This document shows, piece after piece, positions 19,501 to 29,835 of a stretch of 63,028 bases of DNA. Source of the DNA: Tolypothrix carrinoi HA7290-LM1. Its GTDB lineage: Bacteria > Cyanobacteriota > Cyanobacteriia > Cyanobacteriales > Nostocaceae. The notes below the pieces were generated by a model. The model was not told where the DNA came from. It ran no database searches and saw nothing but the letters and a program-made list of their open reading frames with translations. Position 1 is the first letter of the stretch, and each line of letters begins with the position of its first letter. The stretch spans positions 1-63,028 of the forward strand of contig JAHHIK010000042.1 in NCBI GenBank assembly GCA_019358935.1, written 5' to 3'. The translations under genes and the position numbers were made by a program.

Positions 19501-22500
19501 TGATTCGGCTTATAAATTTGGCAAGTTGGCTTTAAGCTTGCTGGAACGATACAACGTTTTAGAAATTAAGACAAGTGTATTCTTCGTAGCAGCGGCATGT
19601 ACGATTCATGGTAAAGTTCATGTTAGGGAAACTTTGCCACTTTTACAACATGGATATGAAAGTGGACTGGAAAACGGACATTTTGAATATGGTGGCTATG
19701 CCGCTATGCAAAAATGCCAATATTCATATTTCATCGGTGAGGAACTGACAAGCCTTGAACGAGAAATGGCAACAATTAGTAATTCCCTGGCTCAACTCAA
19801 GCAAGAAAACGCCTTGAGTTGGAATCAAATATTTCAGCAGTCAGTTCTTAACTTACTGGAACTTTCTGAAAATCCGTGCTGTTTGCTGGGTGAAGTATAC
19901 AACCAGGAGAAATCATTACCGCTTCTGAGAAAAGCCAATGATAGAACTGGACTCCACTATTTTTATTTAAACAAACTTATTCTCTGTTATTTGTTTGGAG
20001 AGTACCAACAAGCATGGGAAAATGCTGCTTCTGGTTCTCAGTATTTAGATGGGGTAAAAGCGTTTCTTGTTGTACAAGTGTTTTATTTATACGATTCTCT
20101 AGCACAACTAGCCATATATTCATCAGTACCACACTCACAACAAGAACACCTATTGAGCAAGGTGACGAAGAATCAGGAAAAAATGCGAAAATGGGCAGAC
20201 CATGCTCCAATGAATTTTCAGCATAAGTACGAGCTTGTGGAGGCAGAAAAAGCGCGAGTATTAAGTCAATATTGGCAAGCGATGGAATTTTATGACCGAG
20301 CGATCGCTCAAGCTAAAAACCAGGGATACATCCAAGAAGAAGCACTCTGCAATGAACTGGCAGCAAAGTTTTATTTTGAGTCTGGCAGAGAAAAGGTGGC
20401 TCAGACTTATTTGACTGATGCTTACTATGGATATATTCGCTGGGGAGCGACGGCAAAAGTCAAAGATTTAGAAGCAAGATATGCTCATATCTTCTCTCAC
20501 ATATCGCAGGAAAAAGCCAAAGTAGAGATAAGTCAGACAATTAGATCTACGACTATAAATAGTCCCGCTTTTCTGGATTTAGCCGCAGTTATGAAAGCAT
20601 CTGTTGCCCTTTCTGGTGAAATGCTTCTGGACAAATTGCTGGCGAAATTGATGCAAATTGTTTTGGCAAATGCCGGAGCAGAAACAGGATTTTTAATTTT
20701 AGAAAAATCAGGGCAGTTATTTATAGAAGCCTCTGGAAGTGTTGGGCATGAAATAACGGTGCAGCAATCAACACCTATAGAATCTAGTCAGCAGCTACCA
20801 ATATCTTTGATTAATTATGTGCGAAGTACTCAGGAGAATATTGTACTGAACGACGCTAGCCGTCAGGGAGTATTTACCACAGATAGCTATATCCTCAACA
20901 AAAAACCAAAATCTATTTTGTGTACGCCAATTGTTAATCAAGGTAAACTTATTGGCATTCTTTATTTAGAAAATAACTTGACCACTGCTGCATTTACACC
21001 AGAGCGATTGGAAGTATTACAACTTTTATCCTCTCAAGCAGCAATATCGATTGAGAATGCGCGTCTTTATAATGATTTAGAGGAGTATAATCAAACGCTC
21101 AGTGCGAAAGTCGAAGAGCGAACGTTGGAGTTACAAGAGAAAAATTTACAATTACAACAGGAAATTAAAGAACGGCAGCGAGCAGAAGAAGCAGCAAAAC
21201 AAGCCAACCGTGCCAAGAGCGAATTCTTAGCTAATATGAGCCATGAATTCCGCACCCCGCTCAATGGTATTTTGGGTTATACGCAAATTTTTCAGAAAGA
21301 TAAAAATTTAACTTCTCAGCAAAAGAATGGTATTAATATTATCCATCAGTGTGGGGAACATCTACTGACACTGATCAACGATATTTTAGACCTCTCCAAA
21401 ATCGAAGCTCGGAGAATGGAACTTGAGGCAAAAGAGTTTGTTTTTCCGGAATTTATTGAGAGTATTGCTGATATTTGCCGCATTCGTGCCCAACAAAAGG
21501 GAATTTCCTTAATTTACAAAACGTTTTCTCCACTACCAAGAGTCATTCGAGCAGATGAAAAACGGTTGCGTCAAGTCTTGATTAATTTACTTAGCAATGC
21601 GGTTAAGTTTACAGAAAAAGGATGTATAACTTTTAAAGTGGGCTATCTAAAGGAGAAACTTCGGTTTCAAGTGGAAGATACGGGTATTGGCATTGCAGAA
21701 GAGCAATTAGAAGAAATATTTTTGCCATTCCAGCAGGTGGGTGAGCATAGTCGGAAGATTGAAGGAACAGGATTGGGATTGGCAATTAGCCATCAATTAG
21801 TTGAGCTCATGGGTGGGGAATTGATGGTAAAGAGTACTTTAGGGAAAGGAAGCGTTTTTTGGCTAGAGTTGGATTTACCTGAGGTTTTGCAACAGATTAA
21901 TGTGAACAGCGTCGATCGCCGCCACATCATTGGTTTTCTTGGCTGCAAACGGAAAGTTTTGGTGGTAGACGACAAATGGGCAAATCGTTCGGTTTTGCTG
22001 AATCTACTAGAGCCTTTAGGGTTTGAAGTCGCAGAAGCGACAGATGGCTTAGACGCTCTTAATAAAGCGCATGAATTTAAGCCCGATGTCATTTTTATGG
22101 ACTTGGTAATGACCGTGATGGACGGTTTTGAAGCTACCCGTCGCCTCAGAATGTTACCAGACCTGAAGGAAGTGGTGGTGATTGCTGCCTCGGCTAGCGT
22201 TTTTGATTTCGATCAAAAGCAAAGTCGAGAAGTTGGTTGCGATGATTTTATCCCCAAACCAATCCGGGAAGCAGAGCTTTTAGAAAAATTACAAATTCAC
22301 TTGGGGCTGGAATGGGTTTATGAGGAGCAAAAAAGCAGGGAAGAACTCAGCAGTCCCCTACGCACTCAGGACTCATTTGTGGCTCCACCAGCAGAGGAAC
22401 TAGCTGTCTTGCTTGATTTAGCGATGAGGGGAGACTTAAGAGGCATTACACAACGAGCGATAAAATTAGAGGAGTTGGATGAACGATGGATACCGTTTGC

Positions 22501-22570
22501 CACTCATTTGCGCCAACTTGCCAAAGGTTTTAAAGGGAAACAAATCTTGGAGTTTCTCAAGCAATATTAA
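16535..22570 (+). CDS. Multi-domain Ser/Thr kinase-AAA ATPase-GAF-His kinase-receiver
   Basis: IHKDIKPQN; GTLAYMSPEQTGRMNR; GYSGIGKS; GAF (ILYLENN); ANMSHEFRTPLN; DTGIGI; GTGLGL; receiver VVDD...FMDL...PKP. Confidence 0.93.
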   Translation: MSITIAGYNLIEVICDGNTTCVYRATREPEQTSVIIKTIKTEYPTIEQLTRLRHEYQILQSLEIEGIVKPLAWMSDRNGLALILSDFGGEPLKNFITAQNLDLSNFLQIGIQLSSTLAQIHQNNIIHKDIKPQNILINAKTGQVEIIDFSISSHLSRENQTVSNLNLLEGTLAYMSPEQTGRMNRAIDYRTDFYSLGVTFYEMLTGQLPFQATDPLELVHCHIAKTPVPPKEVNSEIPQAVSHIVMKLLAKTAEQRYQSALGLKADLEECLRKLQATGTIENFIVGQLDSYSQFIIPQKLYGREKEVASLINAFDRVSLGATEIILVSGYSGIGKSSLVNEIHKPIVRQRGYFISGKFDQFKRNIPYASIIQAFQELIRQLLTESAEKVAVWKAKLLNAVGSNGQVIIDVIPEVERIIGSQPAVPQLAATESQNRFNRVFQQFIHVFCQPEHPLVLFLDDLQWTDSASLKLIQLLACDLNSQYLLLIGVYRDNEVSATHPLMLTLEEIQKTNAVVNNIVLQPLHITHVNQLVSDTLRTDQQKSQPLAKLLFNKTQGNPFFLTQLLKSLHQENLLSFNFSQGCWQWDIELLKDIDITDNVVELMVNQIQKLSPTTQNVLKLAACIGDKFTLDILSIVNQKYLSQTAVDLWESLQAGLVLPLDESYKIPLVGEWGDKETRRQGDKETRGSFLLSYPFPLLKMPNAQFPISYKFLHDRVQQAAYSLIADSQKKETHLKIGQLLLQKTTLEERKENIFALVNQLNYGTDLLTLESEKYELAELNLIAGQKAKAATAYESAIRYLKVGLDLLTANSWEEQYEITLALYELAVETAYLNGDFQQMEKWATIVLQQAKTFIDKMKVYEVKIQACMAQVKQLEAVKIGLEALELLGVRFPLPTDLDIEQTLSQTAINLTGKSIEDLINLPLMTEVDKLAAIRMLTSMGSPTYQAAPALFPLIVCEHVNLSIKYGNAPFSAYGYVCYGVILNGVIQDIDSAYKFGKLALSLLERYNVLEIKTSVFFVAAACTIHGKVHVRETLPLLQHGYESGLENGHFEYGGYAAMQKCQYSYFIGEELTSLEREMATISNSLAQLKQENALSWNQIFQQSVLNLLELSENPCCLLGEVYNQEKSLPLLRKANDRTGLHYFYLNKLILCYLFGEYQQAWENAASGSQYLDGVKAFLVVQVFYLYDSLAQLAIYSSVPHSQQEHLLSKVTKNQEKMRKWADHAPMNFQHKYELVEAEKARVLSQYWQAMEFYDRAIAQAKNQGYIQEEALCNELAAKFYFESGREKVAQTYLTDAYYGYIRWGATAKVKDLEARYAHIFSHISQEKAKVEISQTIRSTTINSPAFLDLAAVMKASVALSGEMLLDKLLAKLMQIVLANAGAETGFLILEKSGQLFIEASGSVGHEITVQQSTPIESSQQLPISLINYVRSTQENIVLNDASRQGVFTTDSYILNKKPKSILCTPIVNQGKLIGILYLENNLTTAAFTPERLEVLQLLSSQAAISIENARLYNDLEEYNQTLSAKVEERTLELQEKNLQLQQEIKERQRAEEAAKQANRAKSEFLANMSHEFRTPLNGILGYTQIFQKDKNLTSQQKNGINIIHQCGEHLLTLINDILDLSKIEARRMELEAKEFVFPEFIESIADICRIRAQQKGISLIYKTFSPLPRVIRADEKRLRQVLINLLSNAVKFTEKGCITFKVGYLKEKLRFQVEDTGIGIAEEQLEEIFLPFQQVGEHSRKIEGTGLGLAISHQLVELMGGELMVKSTLGKGSVFWLELDLPEVLQQINVNSVDRRHIIGFLGCKRKVLVVDDKWANRSVLLNLLEPLGFEVAEATDGLDALNKAHEFKPDVIFMDLVMTVMDGFEATRRLRMLPDLKEVVVIAASASVFDFDQKQSREVGCDDFIPKPIREAELLEKLQIHLGLEWVYEEQKSREELSSPLRTQDSFVAPPAEELAVLLDLAMRGDLRGITQRAIKLEELDERWIPFATHLRQLAKGFKGKQILEFLKQY

Positions 22571-22583
22571 TTAAGAAATTTTT

Positions 22584-24545
22584 ATGAGTGATTTTACTGA
22601 AAAAGGTGTAATTTTAATCGTTGATGACACTCCCACAAATTTAGAGATATTGTTCGATTTTTTAGCCGATGCTCGATTTACAGTGTTGGTTGCAGAAGAT
22701 GGCGAAAGTGCGATCGCCAGAGCTGAATATGCTCCACCCGACTTGATTTTGTTAGACATACTCATGCCGGGAATGGACGGTTTTGAAACGTGCCGCCGTC
22801 TGAAAGACAATGAGTTAACAAAAGATATTCCCGTCATTTTCATGACCGCACTTTCCGAAACAGTGGATAAGGTCAAAGGCTTGAATCTTGGTGCAGTGGA
22901 TTATATCACCAAACCGCTTCAGCATGAAGAGGTTTTAGCCCGTATCGAACTTCATCTCAGGCTGCGGAACCTAACTAAAACACTCCAAGAGCAAAATCTG
23001 CAAATCCGCGAACAAGCTGCTTTGCTTGATATCACCACAGATGCAATTTTGGTTAGAGACTTCGACAACCAAATCTGTTTTTGGAACAAAGGAGCCGAAC
23101 ATTTGTATGGATGGAAGGCAATAGAAGCAATTGGCAAGAATGCCAATCAACTTCTGTATCCGCTGGAAGCTCAATCTCAACTCCAAAACCTCCAAGAAAG
23201 TTTACCTATTGGTGGCTCCTGGCAGGGTGAGTTGCATCAAGTAACCAAAGAAGGCAAGGAAATAATTGTTGCTAGCCGCTGGACTTTGATGCGCGATCAT
23301 AATGACCAACCTAAATCGATTCTTACGGTCAATACCGACATTACAGAGAAAAAACAACTCGAAGCGCAGTTTCTCCGAGCGCAGCGACTGGAGAGCATTG
23401 GCACACTTGCCGGCGGCATTGCACATGACCTGAACAATATTCTGACTCCAATTCTGGCGGTAGCGCAACTGTTGCCGCTAAAACTCTCCCATATTGATGA
23501 GCAAAGTCAGCAGATGTTTAAGATTATAGAAATTAACGCTAAACGCGGGGCGGCTTTGGTCAAGCAAGTGCTACAGTTTGCACAGGGAGTTGAAGACAAG
23601 CGCACGATTGTGCAAGTGAAGGATTTGTTCTCAGAAATCAAGCAGATTGTCCAACAGACATTTCCCAAATCGATTGAATTTTCCACAAATATAAAGTCAG
23701 ACCTTTGGGCTGTCGTTGCCGATGCCACACATTTGCATCAGGTGCTGATGAACCTAGTCGTCAACGCTCGCGATGCCATGCCCGACGGCGGGAATTTGAG
23801 TATCTCTGCGGAAAATGTGTTCATCGACCAACAGTATGTCCGCATGAATCTTGAGGCAAGTGTTGGTCCCTACATTGCGATCGCTGTTGCAGATACAGGC
23901 ATCGGTATGTCCCTAGAAATAGTGGATAGAATATTCGAGCCGTTTTTCACTACTAAAGAGTTTGGCAAAGGTACAGGTTTGGGTCTTTCAACCGTGAGGG
24001 GCATTATAACAAGTCATGGTGGTTTTGTCAACGTATCCAGCAATGTTGGAAGAGGAACTGAATTTAAAGTGTTCTTGCCAGCAGTGCAGGCAACAGCAAC
24101 GTCACTTGCAGAAAACCTCGAACTACCAAAAGGAAACGGAGAATTAATTCTCGTTGTCGATGACGAAGCCCCAATTTTAGAGACGACCAAAATCTCGTTA
24201 GAAACGTACAATTATAGAGTGTTGACAGCCAGCGATGGAATTGAGGCGATCGCGCAGTATGCCCAGCACAAAGATAAAATTAGTGTAGTGTTGGTGGATA
24301 TGATGATGCCGTCGATGGACGGAGCGCTCACCATTCGCGCATTGCAAAAAATGAATTCCCAAGTCTTGATTATTGCTGTCAGCGGTTTGGTAGCCAGTAA
24401 TAAACTCATCGGGGTTGCTCAAGTCAAAGCATTTCTTTCTAAACCCTACACTACAAAAGAATTATTGCAAACTTTACACAAATTAAAGCTGAAGGAACAC
24501 GAAAATGTGCCTCGTACCCAGACGACGAAATTAATACCCAACTAA
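22584..24545 (+). CDS. Hybrid REC-PAS-His kinase-REC protein
   Basis: ILIVDD...LLDILMP; PAS ([11 protein letters not shown]); [25 protein letters not shown]-terminal receiver. Confidence 0.93.
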   Translation: MSDFTEKGVILIVDDTPTNLEILFDFLADARFTVLVAEDGESAIARAEYAPPDLILLDILMPGMDGFETCRRLKDNELTKDIPVIFMTALSETVDKVKGLNLGAVDYITKPLQHEEVLARIELHLRLRNLTKTLQEQNLQIREQAALLDITTDAILVRDFDNQICFWNKGAEHLYGWKAIEAIGKNANQLLYPLEAQSQLQNLQESLPIGGSWQGELHQVTKEGKEIIVASRWTLMRDHNDQPKSILTVNTDITEKKQLEAQFLRAQRLESIGTLAGGIAHDLNNILTPILAVAQLLPLKLSHIDEQSQQMFKIIEINAKRGAALVKQVLQFAQGVEDKRTIVQVKDLFSEIKQIVQQTFPKSIEFSTNIKSDLWAVVADATHLHQVLMNLVVNARDAMPDGGNLSISAENVFIDQQYVRMNLEASVGPYIAIAVADTGIGMSLEIVDRIFEPFFTTKEFGKGTGLGLSTVRGIITSHGGFVNVSSNVGRGTEFKVFLPAVQATATSLAENLELPKGNGELILVVDDEAPILETTKISLETYNYRVLTASDGIEAIAQYAQHKDKISVVLVDMMMPSMDGALTIRALQKMNSQVLIIAVSGLVASNKLIGVAQVKAFLSKPYTTKELLQTLHKLKLKEHENVPRTQTTKLIPN

Positions 24546-24546
24546 A

Positions 24547-24716
24547 ATCATGTCTGGTTAAAAACTTATCATTAAGGGGGCAGGGGGCAGGGGGCAGGGG
24601 GAGCAGGGGGAGCAGGGGGAGCAGGGGGCAGGGGGAGCAGGGGGAGCAGGGGGAAAGAGGATTTGAAGACATTTGCATAAAAGCCCTTTTTTATAACTAA
24701 TAAGCGCGGACATGAT
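24547..24716. mobile_element. MITE-like element with ATCATGTC(T/C)G TIRs containing GGGGGAGCA/GGGGCAG tandem repeats
   Basis: ATCATGTCTG...CGGACATGAT. Confidence 0.6.
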
Positions 24717-24789
24717 ATAAAACTATATGTAAAGTTTTGTTGCTAAAGCTTGATTTAATAGCTTCAGTTGTTGTCAATTAAAAAATTTG

Positions 24790-27700
24790 TTAACCGACAG
24801 ATAAATTTTGTGCTTTTTCAATACAGACTCTTAACTGTTCGGCAAGAACCTGGATATGGGGTTTTCTCAGCATGGTGAGGTGATTACCAGGAATAGTATG
24901 AATTTCTGTTTTTTCAACCGCTAGCTGATTCCAACCCATACTCAAATCTTCCTCGGCAATATTTGACTGAACCTTTGTTCTGAAAAGATTAATTCGCTTC
25001 GGGTAGACCTGGGGAACGTAGTTGAGAACTGCTTGGTTATTAGCATAAAAAACACGAAGCATGGGACGAATTGTTAACTCGTTTAAAATTCTTAACCGGA
25101 ATTCCTCAGGCATCGAGTTGACTATAGCAGCTTCTTTCAAGATAATGTGTGAAAACAAATTTGTTTCCAGCCATTGAATAAATTTATGAAAATTAGGAAG
25201 ACGAAAAATTAAACTTTTAATTTTGTTTTTGCTAGGAGCAGTAATTAAACGCAAATAATCGAAGAAAAATGACCATATATATCGCGCTACTGTCGTGAAA
25301 AGAAACTTTAACCCATTACCAAAGTCAGGTATATTGCTCTTAATTGGTGCTAAAGTATCAAGTATAGCAAGTAAAGCGACTTCATCCCCAGATTTTTGCA
25401 GTTGTTGAGCCATTTCAAAAGCAACCAAACCGCCAAAAGACCAACCTCCTAAATAATAAGGTCCTTTTGGCTGTACTTTACGCAATGCTTCAATATAGTG
25501 GGCAGCCATTTCCTCAATGTGAGTTAGTGGCGTTTCTCCGTCAAGTCCAATCGGCTGTAGCCCGTAAAATGGTTGATTTGTCCCCAAATGATGAGCTAAT
25601 TCGTAATAAGGAAAGACAACACCAAAGATTGGATGAACGCAAAAGAAAGGCGGATTTGAACCAGCAGGCTGAATCGCAACTAAGGGAGACCAAGACAGAG
25701 AATTTGTTTCTGGGCAGAGAGAATTTGCTAAACTTTCAATTGTGGGATTTAAAAATATGGTAGATAGTGGCAATTCACGCTCAAATTGCTTGTGTATTTG
25801 CTCCAACAAGCGTACAGTTAACAGCGAATTTCCTCCCAAGTCGAAGAAGTTATCGTAAATACCCACACGCTCAAGTTGAAGGACTTCAGCCCAGATTTTT
25901 GCTAATGTTAACTCGGTTGAATTACGAGGAGCGATATAAGTTTTATCTATTGAGCGATTAGTTGTGTCGAGTGCTGTGAGTGCAAAACGATCTAGTTTGC
26001 CATTAGGCGTTAGCGGCAGAGAATCCAGCACTATAAAGGCTGCTGGTATCATGTATTCTGGCAGTTTTTCTTTTAAGAATTCACGTAGTTTGCTAGTTGT
26101 TGCTGACTGCTTCGTGGGAATAATATAAGCCACCAAGTAGCGATCGCCTGACACGTTCTCTTTAGCAATTACTACCGCTTTTTCCACGCTTTGATGCATC
26201 ATCAGCACCGTTTCAATCTCTGATAACTCAATGCGAAAGCCACGAATTTTAACTTGATTATCGATGCGACCCAAAAATTCAATATTACCATCTACTCGAT
26301 AACAAGCTAAATCACCGCTCTTGTAAAGTCGCGTTTTTGGGAGAAACCCGGTTTCTTGAAGAAACCGGGTTTCTGTTAGAAGAAACCGATTTTGTGTTAA
26401 TTCGGGACGATTGAGGTAGCCTTGACCCACACCCTCACCACCGATGTATAATTCACCAGGAATTCCAATTGGTACAGGTTGTAAATACTTATCTAATATA
26501 TAAATTTGAGTGTTAGCAATAGGACGACCTATAGAGGGTTTTTCATCAAGAGCGCTAATTTCCGCAACCGTTGACCAAACAGTTGCTTCAGTCGGACCGT
26601 AAGCATTAAAAAATCGACGATTAGAACTCCACCAGCGTTTTATAATATCCTGTGAACAGAATTCGCCTGCACAAATTATACTTTGCAATGCTGGGAGTGA
26701 TTCTGTCGGTAGAACTGCTAACACCGCAGGTGGAAGGGTGACGTGAGTAATAGCTTTTTCGCGCAATAATTGCAGCAAAGCTTTTCCGGGTAGAAGCGAT
26801 TCTTTCTTTGCTAAATAAAGAGTTCCTCCTGTTCGCAGTGCCATGACAATCTCAAAAATTGAGGCATCAAAACTCAATGATGCAAATTGCAAAATGCGAT
26901 CGCTCGGTTGCAAGTTGAAAACTTCAATTTGAGCTGATGCCAAGTTAAACAGTCCTCGGTGCTTGATTAAAACACCTTTAGGTTGTCCTGTTGAGCCAGA
27001 GGTGTAAATAACATAAGCTAGGTTATCAGATGTTACGCAACTAATGGGGTTTTCCTGGCTATGTTGTGTAATAGTTGCCCAATCTTCATCTATGCAAATA
27101 ATTGGATTCGAGAAGTGCTGAAAATGCTTGAGTAAGTTTTCTTGTGTTAGCAATACTGAAACTTTCGCATCTTCTAGCATGAAATTTAGACGCGATTGAG
27201 GTAGGCTCGGTTCTAAAGGCAAGTATGCTCCACCTGCCTTAAGAATGCCCAACAAGCCGATTATCATTTCGAGCGATCGCTCTACGCAAATGCCAACTAA
27301 AACATCTGGAACTACTCCTAATTGTTGCAGGTGATGTGCAAGTTGGTTAGCTCGGATGTTCAGTTTCTGGTAGGTTAATTGCTGGTGTTCAAAAAATAGT
27401 GCGATCGCATTCGGAGTTTCCGCCACAATTGCTTCAAAAAACTGATGAAAACACAGTTGGATTTTAGATTTTGGATTTTGGATTTTGGATTGATTCTGAT
27501 TAAATTCTATTAATAATTGATGTCGTTCTGCTTTTGTTAAAATTGACAAGTCGCAAAGGCGCTGTTTTGGATTAGCAACAATGCTTTCTAGCAGCGTTTG
27601 GAAATGTCCCAACATCCGGGTAATAGTGCTGTCATCAAATAAATCGGTGCTATACACTACTTGTCCTTTAAGGCTTTCCAAATCTTGCCAGAGGTGAAAC

Positions 27701-28902
27701 TCCAAATCTAGCTTTGCGGTTTTGCTGTCAAACTCGAATTGCGAAAGCGTTAACCCAGGTAACTCTAGCGCAACGATTGGAGTATTTTGCAGGCTAAATA
27801 CGACCTGAAACAACGGATGACGGCTTAAATCTCGTTCTTGGTGTAGTTCCTCCACCAGCTTTTCAAAGGGCAAGTCCTGATAAGCATAAGCGCCCAAAGT
27901 TACTTGTCGCACTCGATTCAACAGTTCTTGGAACGTTGGATTTCCTGAGAAATCGGTACGCAGTACTAAAGTATTGACAAAAAAGCCAATTAACCCTTCT
28001 ACCTCGCTGCGGCTGCGATTGGCAATGGGCGATCCGATCGCAATGTCCTTCTGTTGCGTGTAGCGATAAAGCAACGTTTGAAACGCTGCCAGCAGAGTCA
28101 TGAACAAGGTAACGCCTTCTTGGTGGCTAAGTGTCTCTAGCGCCTGAGTTAAATAGGGCGGTAGTTGTATAAATTGTTTCGCACCTTTGTAAGTTGGAAC
28201 TGCTGGTCTTAATCGGTCAGTGCGGAGATTCAGCACCGAGATTTTATCTAACTGATGACGCCAGTAACGTAACTGGGTTTGTAGCACTTCTCCTTGCAGC
28301 CATTCCCGCTGCCATTCGGCGAAATCTGCATACTGAATGGGTAGTTCCGGTAGGGGCAATTGCTTATCCTCTAAAAAGGCTTTATATAGTGTCCCCAGTT
28401 CTTTAATTAGTACTCCAATAGACCAGCCATCAGCAACAATATGATGTAGGTTCAGTAGTAGCACGTATTCGGCTTCATCGAGTTGTAGCAGCGTCAATCG
28501 CAGCAACGGTCCGGTGGTGAGATTGAAAGAACGTTCAGCCTCTTCGCTTAAAAGTCGCCGCGCTTGTGTTTCACGTTCTTGGCTTTCAAATTGATTGCAT
28601 AGGTCTATTACTCTAAGAGGTATAATTAAGGTGGGAGCTATTACTTGTACTGGTTGCCCCTCTACCATGACAAACGTGGTACGTAAAATTTCGTGACGGC
28701 GTACTACCTCGTTGAATGTCTGCGTTAAAGCGGTGAAGTTGAGGCTCCCTGTCAGGCGAAGTGCTGTTGACACATTGTAAAATGGATTGCCTGGTGCTAA
28801 AGAGTCGAGAAACCACAGCCGTTGTTGAGCGAAAGAAGTGGCAAAAACGAAAACCTCTGCTTCTTCAGTAGCAGTGGAATTACTGAAAAGATACTGGCTC
28901 AT
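24790..28902 (-). CDS. NRPS termination module C-A(Phe-like)-T-TE
   Basis: HHIVADGWS; code DAFTIAAVWK; FFDLGGNSLL; TE GWSFGG and PGNHLTM; ATG at 28902. Confidence 0.93.
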   Translation of the reverse strand: MSQYLFSNSTATEEAEVFVFATSFAQQRLWFLDSLAPGNPFYNVSTALRLTGSLNFTALTQTFNEVVRRHEILRTTFVMVEGQPVQVIAPTLIIPLRVIDLCNQFESQERETQARRLLSEEAERSFNLTTGPLLRLTLLQLDEAEYVLLLNLHHIVADGWSIGVLIKELGTLYKAFLEDKQLPLPELPIQYADFAEWQREWLQGEVLQTQLRYWRHQLDKISVLNLRTDRLRPAVPTYKGAKQFIQLPPYLTQALETLSHQEGVTLFMTLLAAFQTLLYRYTQQKDIAIGSPIANRSRSEVEGLIGFFVNTLVLRTDFSGNPTFQELLNRVRQVTLGAYAYQDLPFEKLVEELHQERDLSRHPLFQVVFSLQNTPIVALELPGLTLSQFEFDSKTAKLDLEFHLWQDLESLKGQVVYSTDLFDDSTITRMLGHFQTLLESIVANPKQRLCDLSILTKAERHQLLIEFNQNQSKIQNPKSKIQLCFHQFFEAIVAETPNAIALFFEHQQLTYQKLNIRANQLAHHLQQLGVVPDVLVGICVERSLEMIIGLLGILKAGGAYLPLEPSLPQSRLNFMLEDAKVSVLLTQENLLKHFQHFSNPIICIDEDWATITQHSQENPISCVTSDNLAYVIYTSGSTGQPKGVLIKHRGLFNLASAQIEVFNLQPSDRILQFASLSFDASIFEIVMALRTGGTLYLAKKESLLPGKALLQLLREKAITHVTLPPAVLAVLPTESLPALQSIICAGEFCSQDIIKRWWSSNRRFFNAYGPTEATVWSTVAEISALDEKPSIGRPIANTQIYILDKYLQPVPIGIPGELYIGGEGVGQGYLNRPELTQNRFLLTETRFLQETGFLPKTRLYKSGDLACYRVDGNIEFLGRIDNQVKIRGFRIELSEIETVLMMHQSVEKAVVIAKENVSGDRYLVAYIIPTKQSATTSKLREFLKEKLPEYMIPAAFIVLDSLPLTPNGKLDRFALTALDTTNRSIDKTYIAPRNSTELTLAKIWAEVLQLERVGIYDNFFDLGGNSLLTVRLLEQIHKQFERELPLSTIFLNPTIESLANSLCPETNSLSWSPLVAIQPAGSNPPFFCVHPIFGVVFPYYELAHHLGTNQPFYGLQPIGLDGETPLTHIEEMAAHYIEALRKVQPKGPYYLGGWSFGGLVAFEMAQQLQKSGDEVALLAILDTLAPIKSNIPDFGNGLKFLFTTVARYIWSFFFDYLRLITAPSKNKIKSLIFRLPNFHKFIQWLETNLFSHIILKEAAIVNSMPEEFRLRILNELTIRPMLRVFYANNQAVLNYVPQVYPKRINLFRTKVQSNIAEEDLSMGWNQLAVEKTEIHTIPGNHLTMLRKPHIQVLAEQLRVCIEKAQNLSVG

Positions 28903-28943
28903 AACTAATAAGGCGATCGCTCCAGCAATTAACAAACATCAAA

Positions 28944-29466
28944 TTACTTACGCTCCTCCAAGACTAACGTAGAATCAGCCGATCGCCCAAATTCTTCTGG
29001 TGCGTATTGCAAGTGTACTTTCGCACCCGGATAAATAAATGTGCCTGGTGTCACTCCACGCACTAAATAATGAAGGCTATAAACGCCTGGATCTAGATGG
29101 AAGGATTGGGCGATAATGCGATCGCGATAAATTGTTTTAAAACCAAGTTGCCAACTATCTGCTTTTGCTTTTAACGCAGATGTGGCAGTTTGAAAGCTTT
29201 CATCGACAGCTTCAAATCCCGCAGGTAGCGGATCGTTAATCACCACATGCTCCACTCTACGATCTACAATAACTTCTAAACCTATATCAAACACTTGTCC
29301 TGTTTCTATTGTCAACGGCTTATCAAAAGCATAAAGTCCTATTTTTTGCAACATTTCATCACCGACACGGCTAATTTCTCGCGATATTCGTAAAGCGTTA
29401 AATCCCCCAGGTTGATTTCCTGGCAAGCGATAGCGATAAGCTAGTTTATTGTGTAATCTGCCGGAA
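28944..29466 (-). pseudogene. Duplicated 3' fragment of the alpha-2-macroglobulin gene
   Basis: Near-identical to 31048-31573 (DPLPAGFEAVD...YAPEEFGRS); no upstream part. Confidence 0.88.
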
Positions 29467-29835
29467 ATTGGTTTTTTAGTGCAAAATTACGCCCTTTTCC
29501 CCTCTTCCGGTAATATGTCGTAGTGAGCGGTAAACCGCTCGTCGAGTCGGGATTTTAACGGCTGAAGCGCGGAGCTTTCCCGTAGGGTAGCCGTTACTAC
29601 GTTGAGGAGCGTTTATTTATACCCATCTACTTATGACAGTTATTAAAAAATAATTAAGAAGTATTGATATAGGAACTGAAAATATGCGATAGTTTCCAAC
29701 ATAAAAAGTAATAACAAAACGTTGAAAAGAGTTAATACTCAACAAGTAAAGTGTCATTGTTTGTTCAGGGAAGAATTAGATTCTCCCAATAGTTTCTTTG
29801 TTAAATGAAAAATTCAATAACCCCTTAACTAACCT

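Noticed and set aside
6754..28902. Assignment to a known cyanopeptide (anabaenopeptin, aeruginosin, microginin, spumigin)
   Set aside because: Module number, lack of epimerase, PKS or starter domains and the predicted residues do not fit
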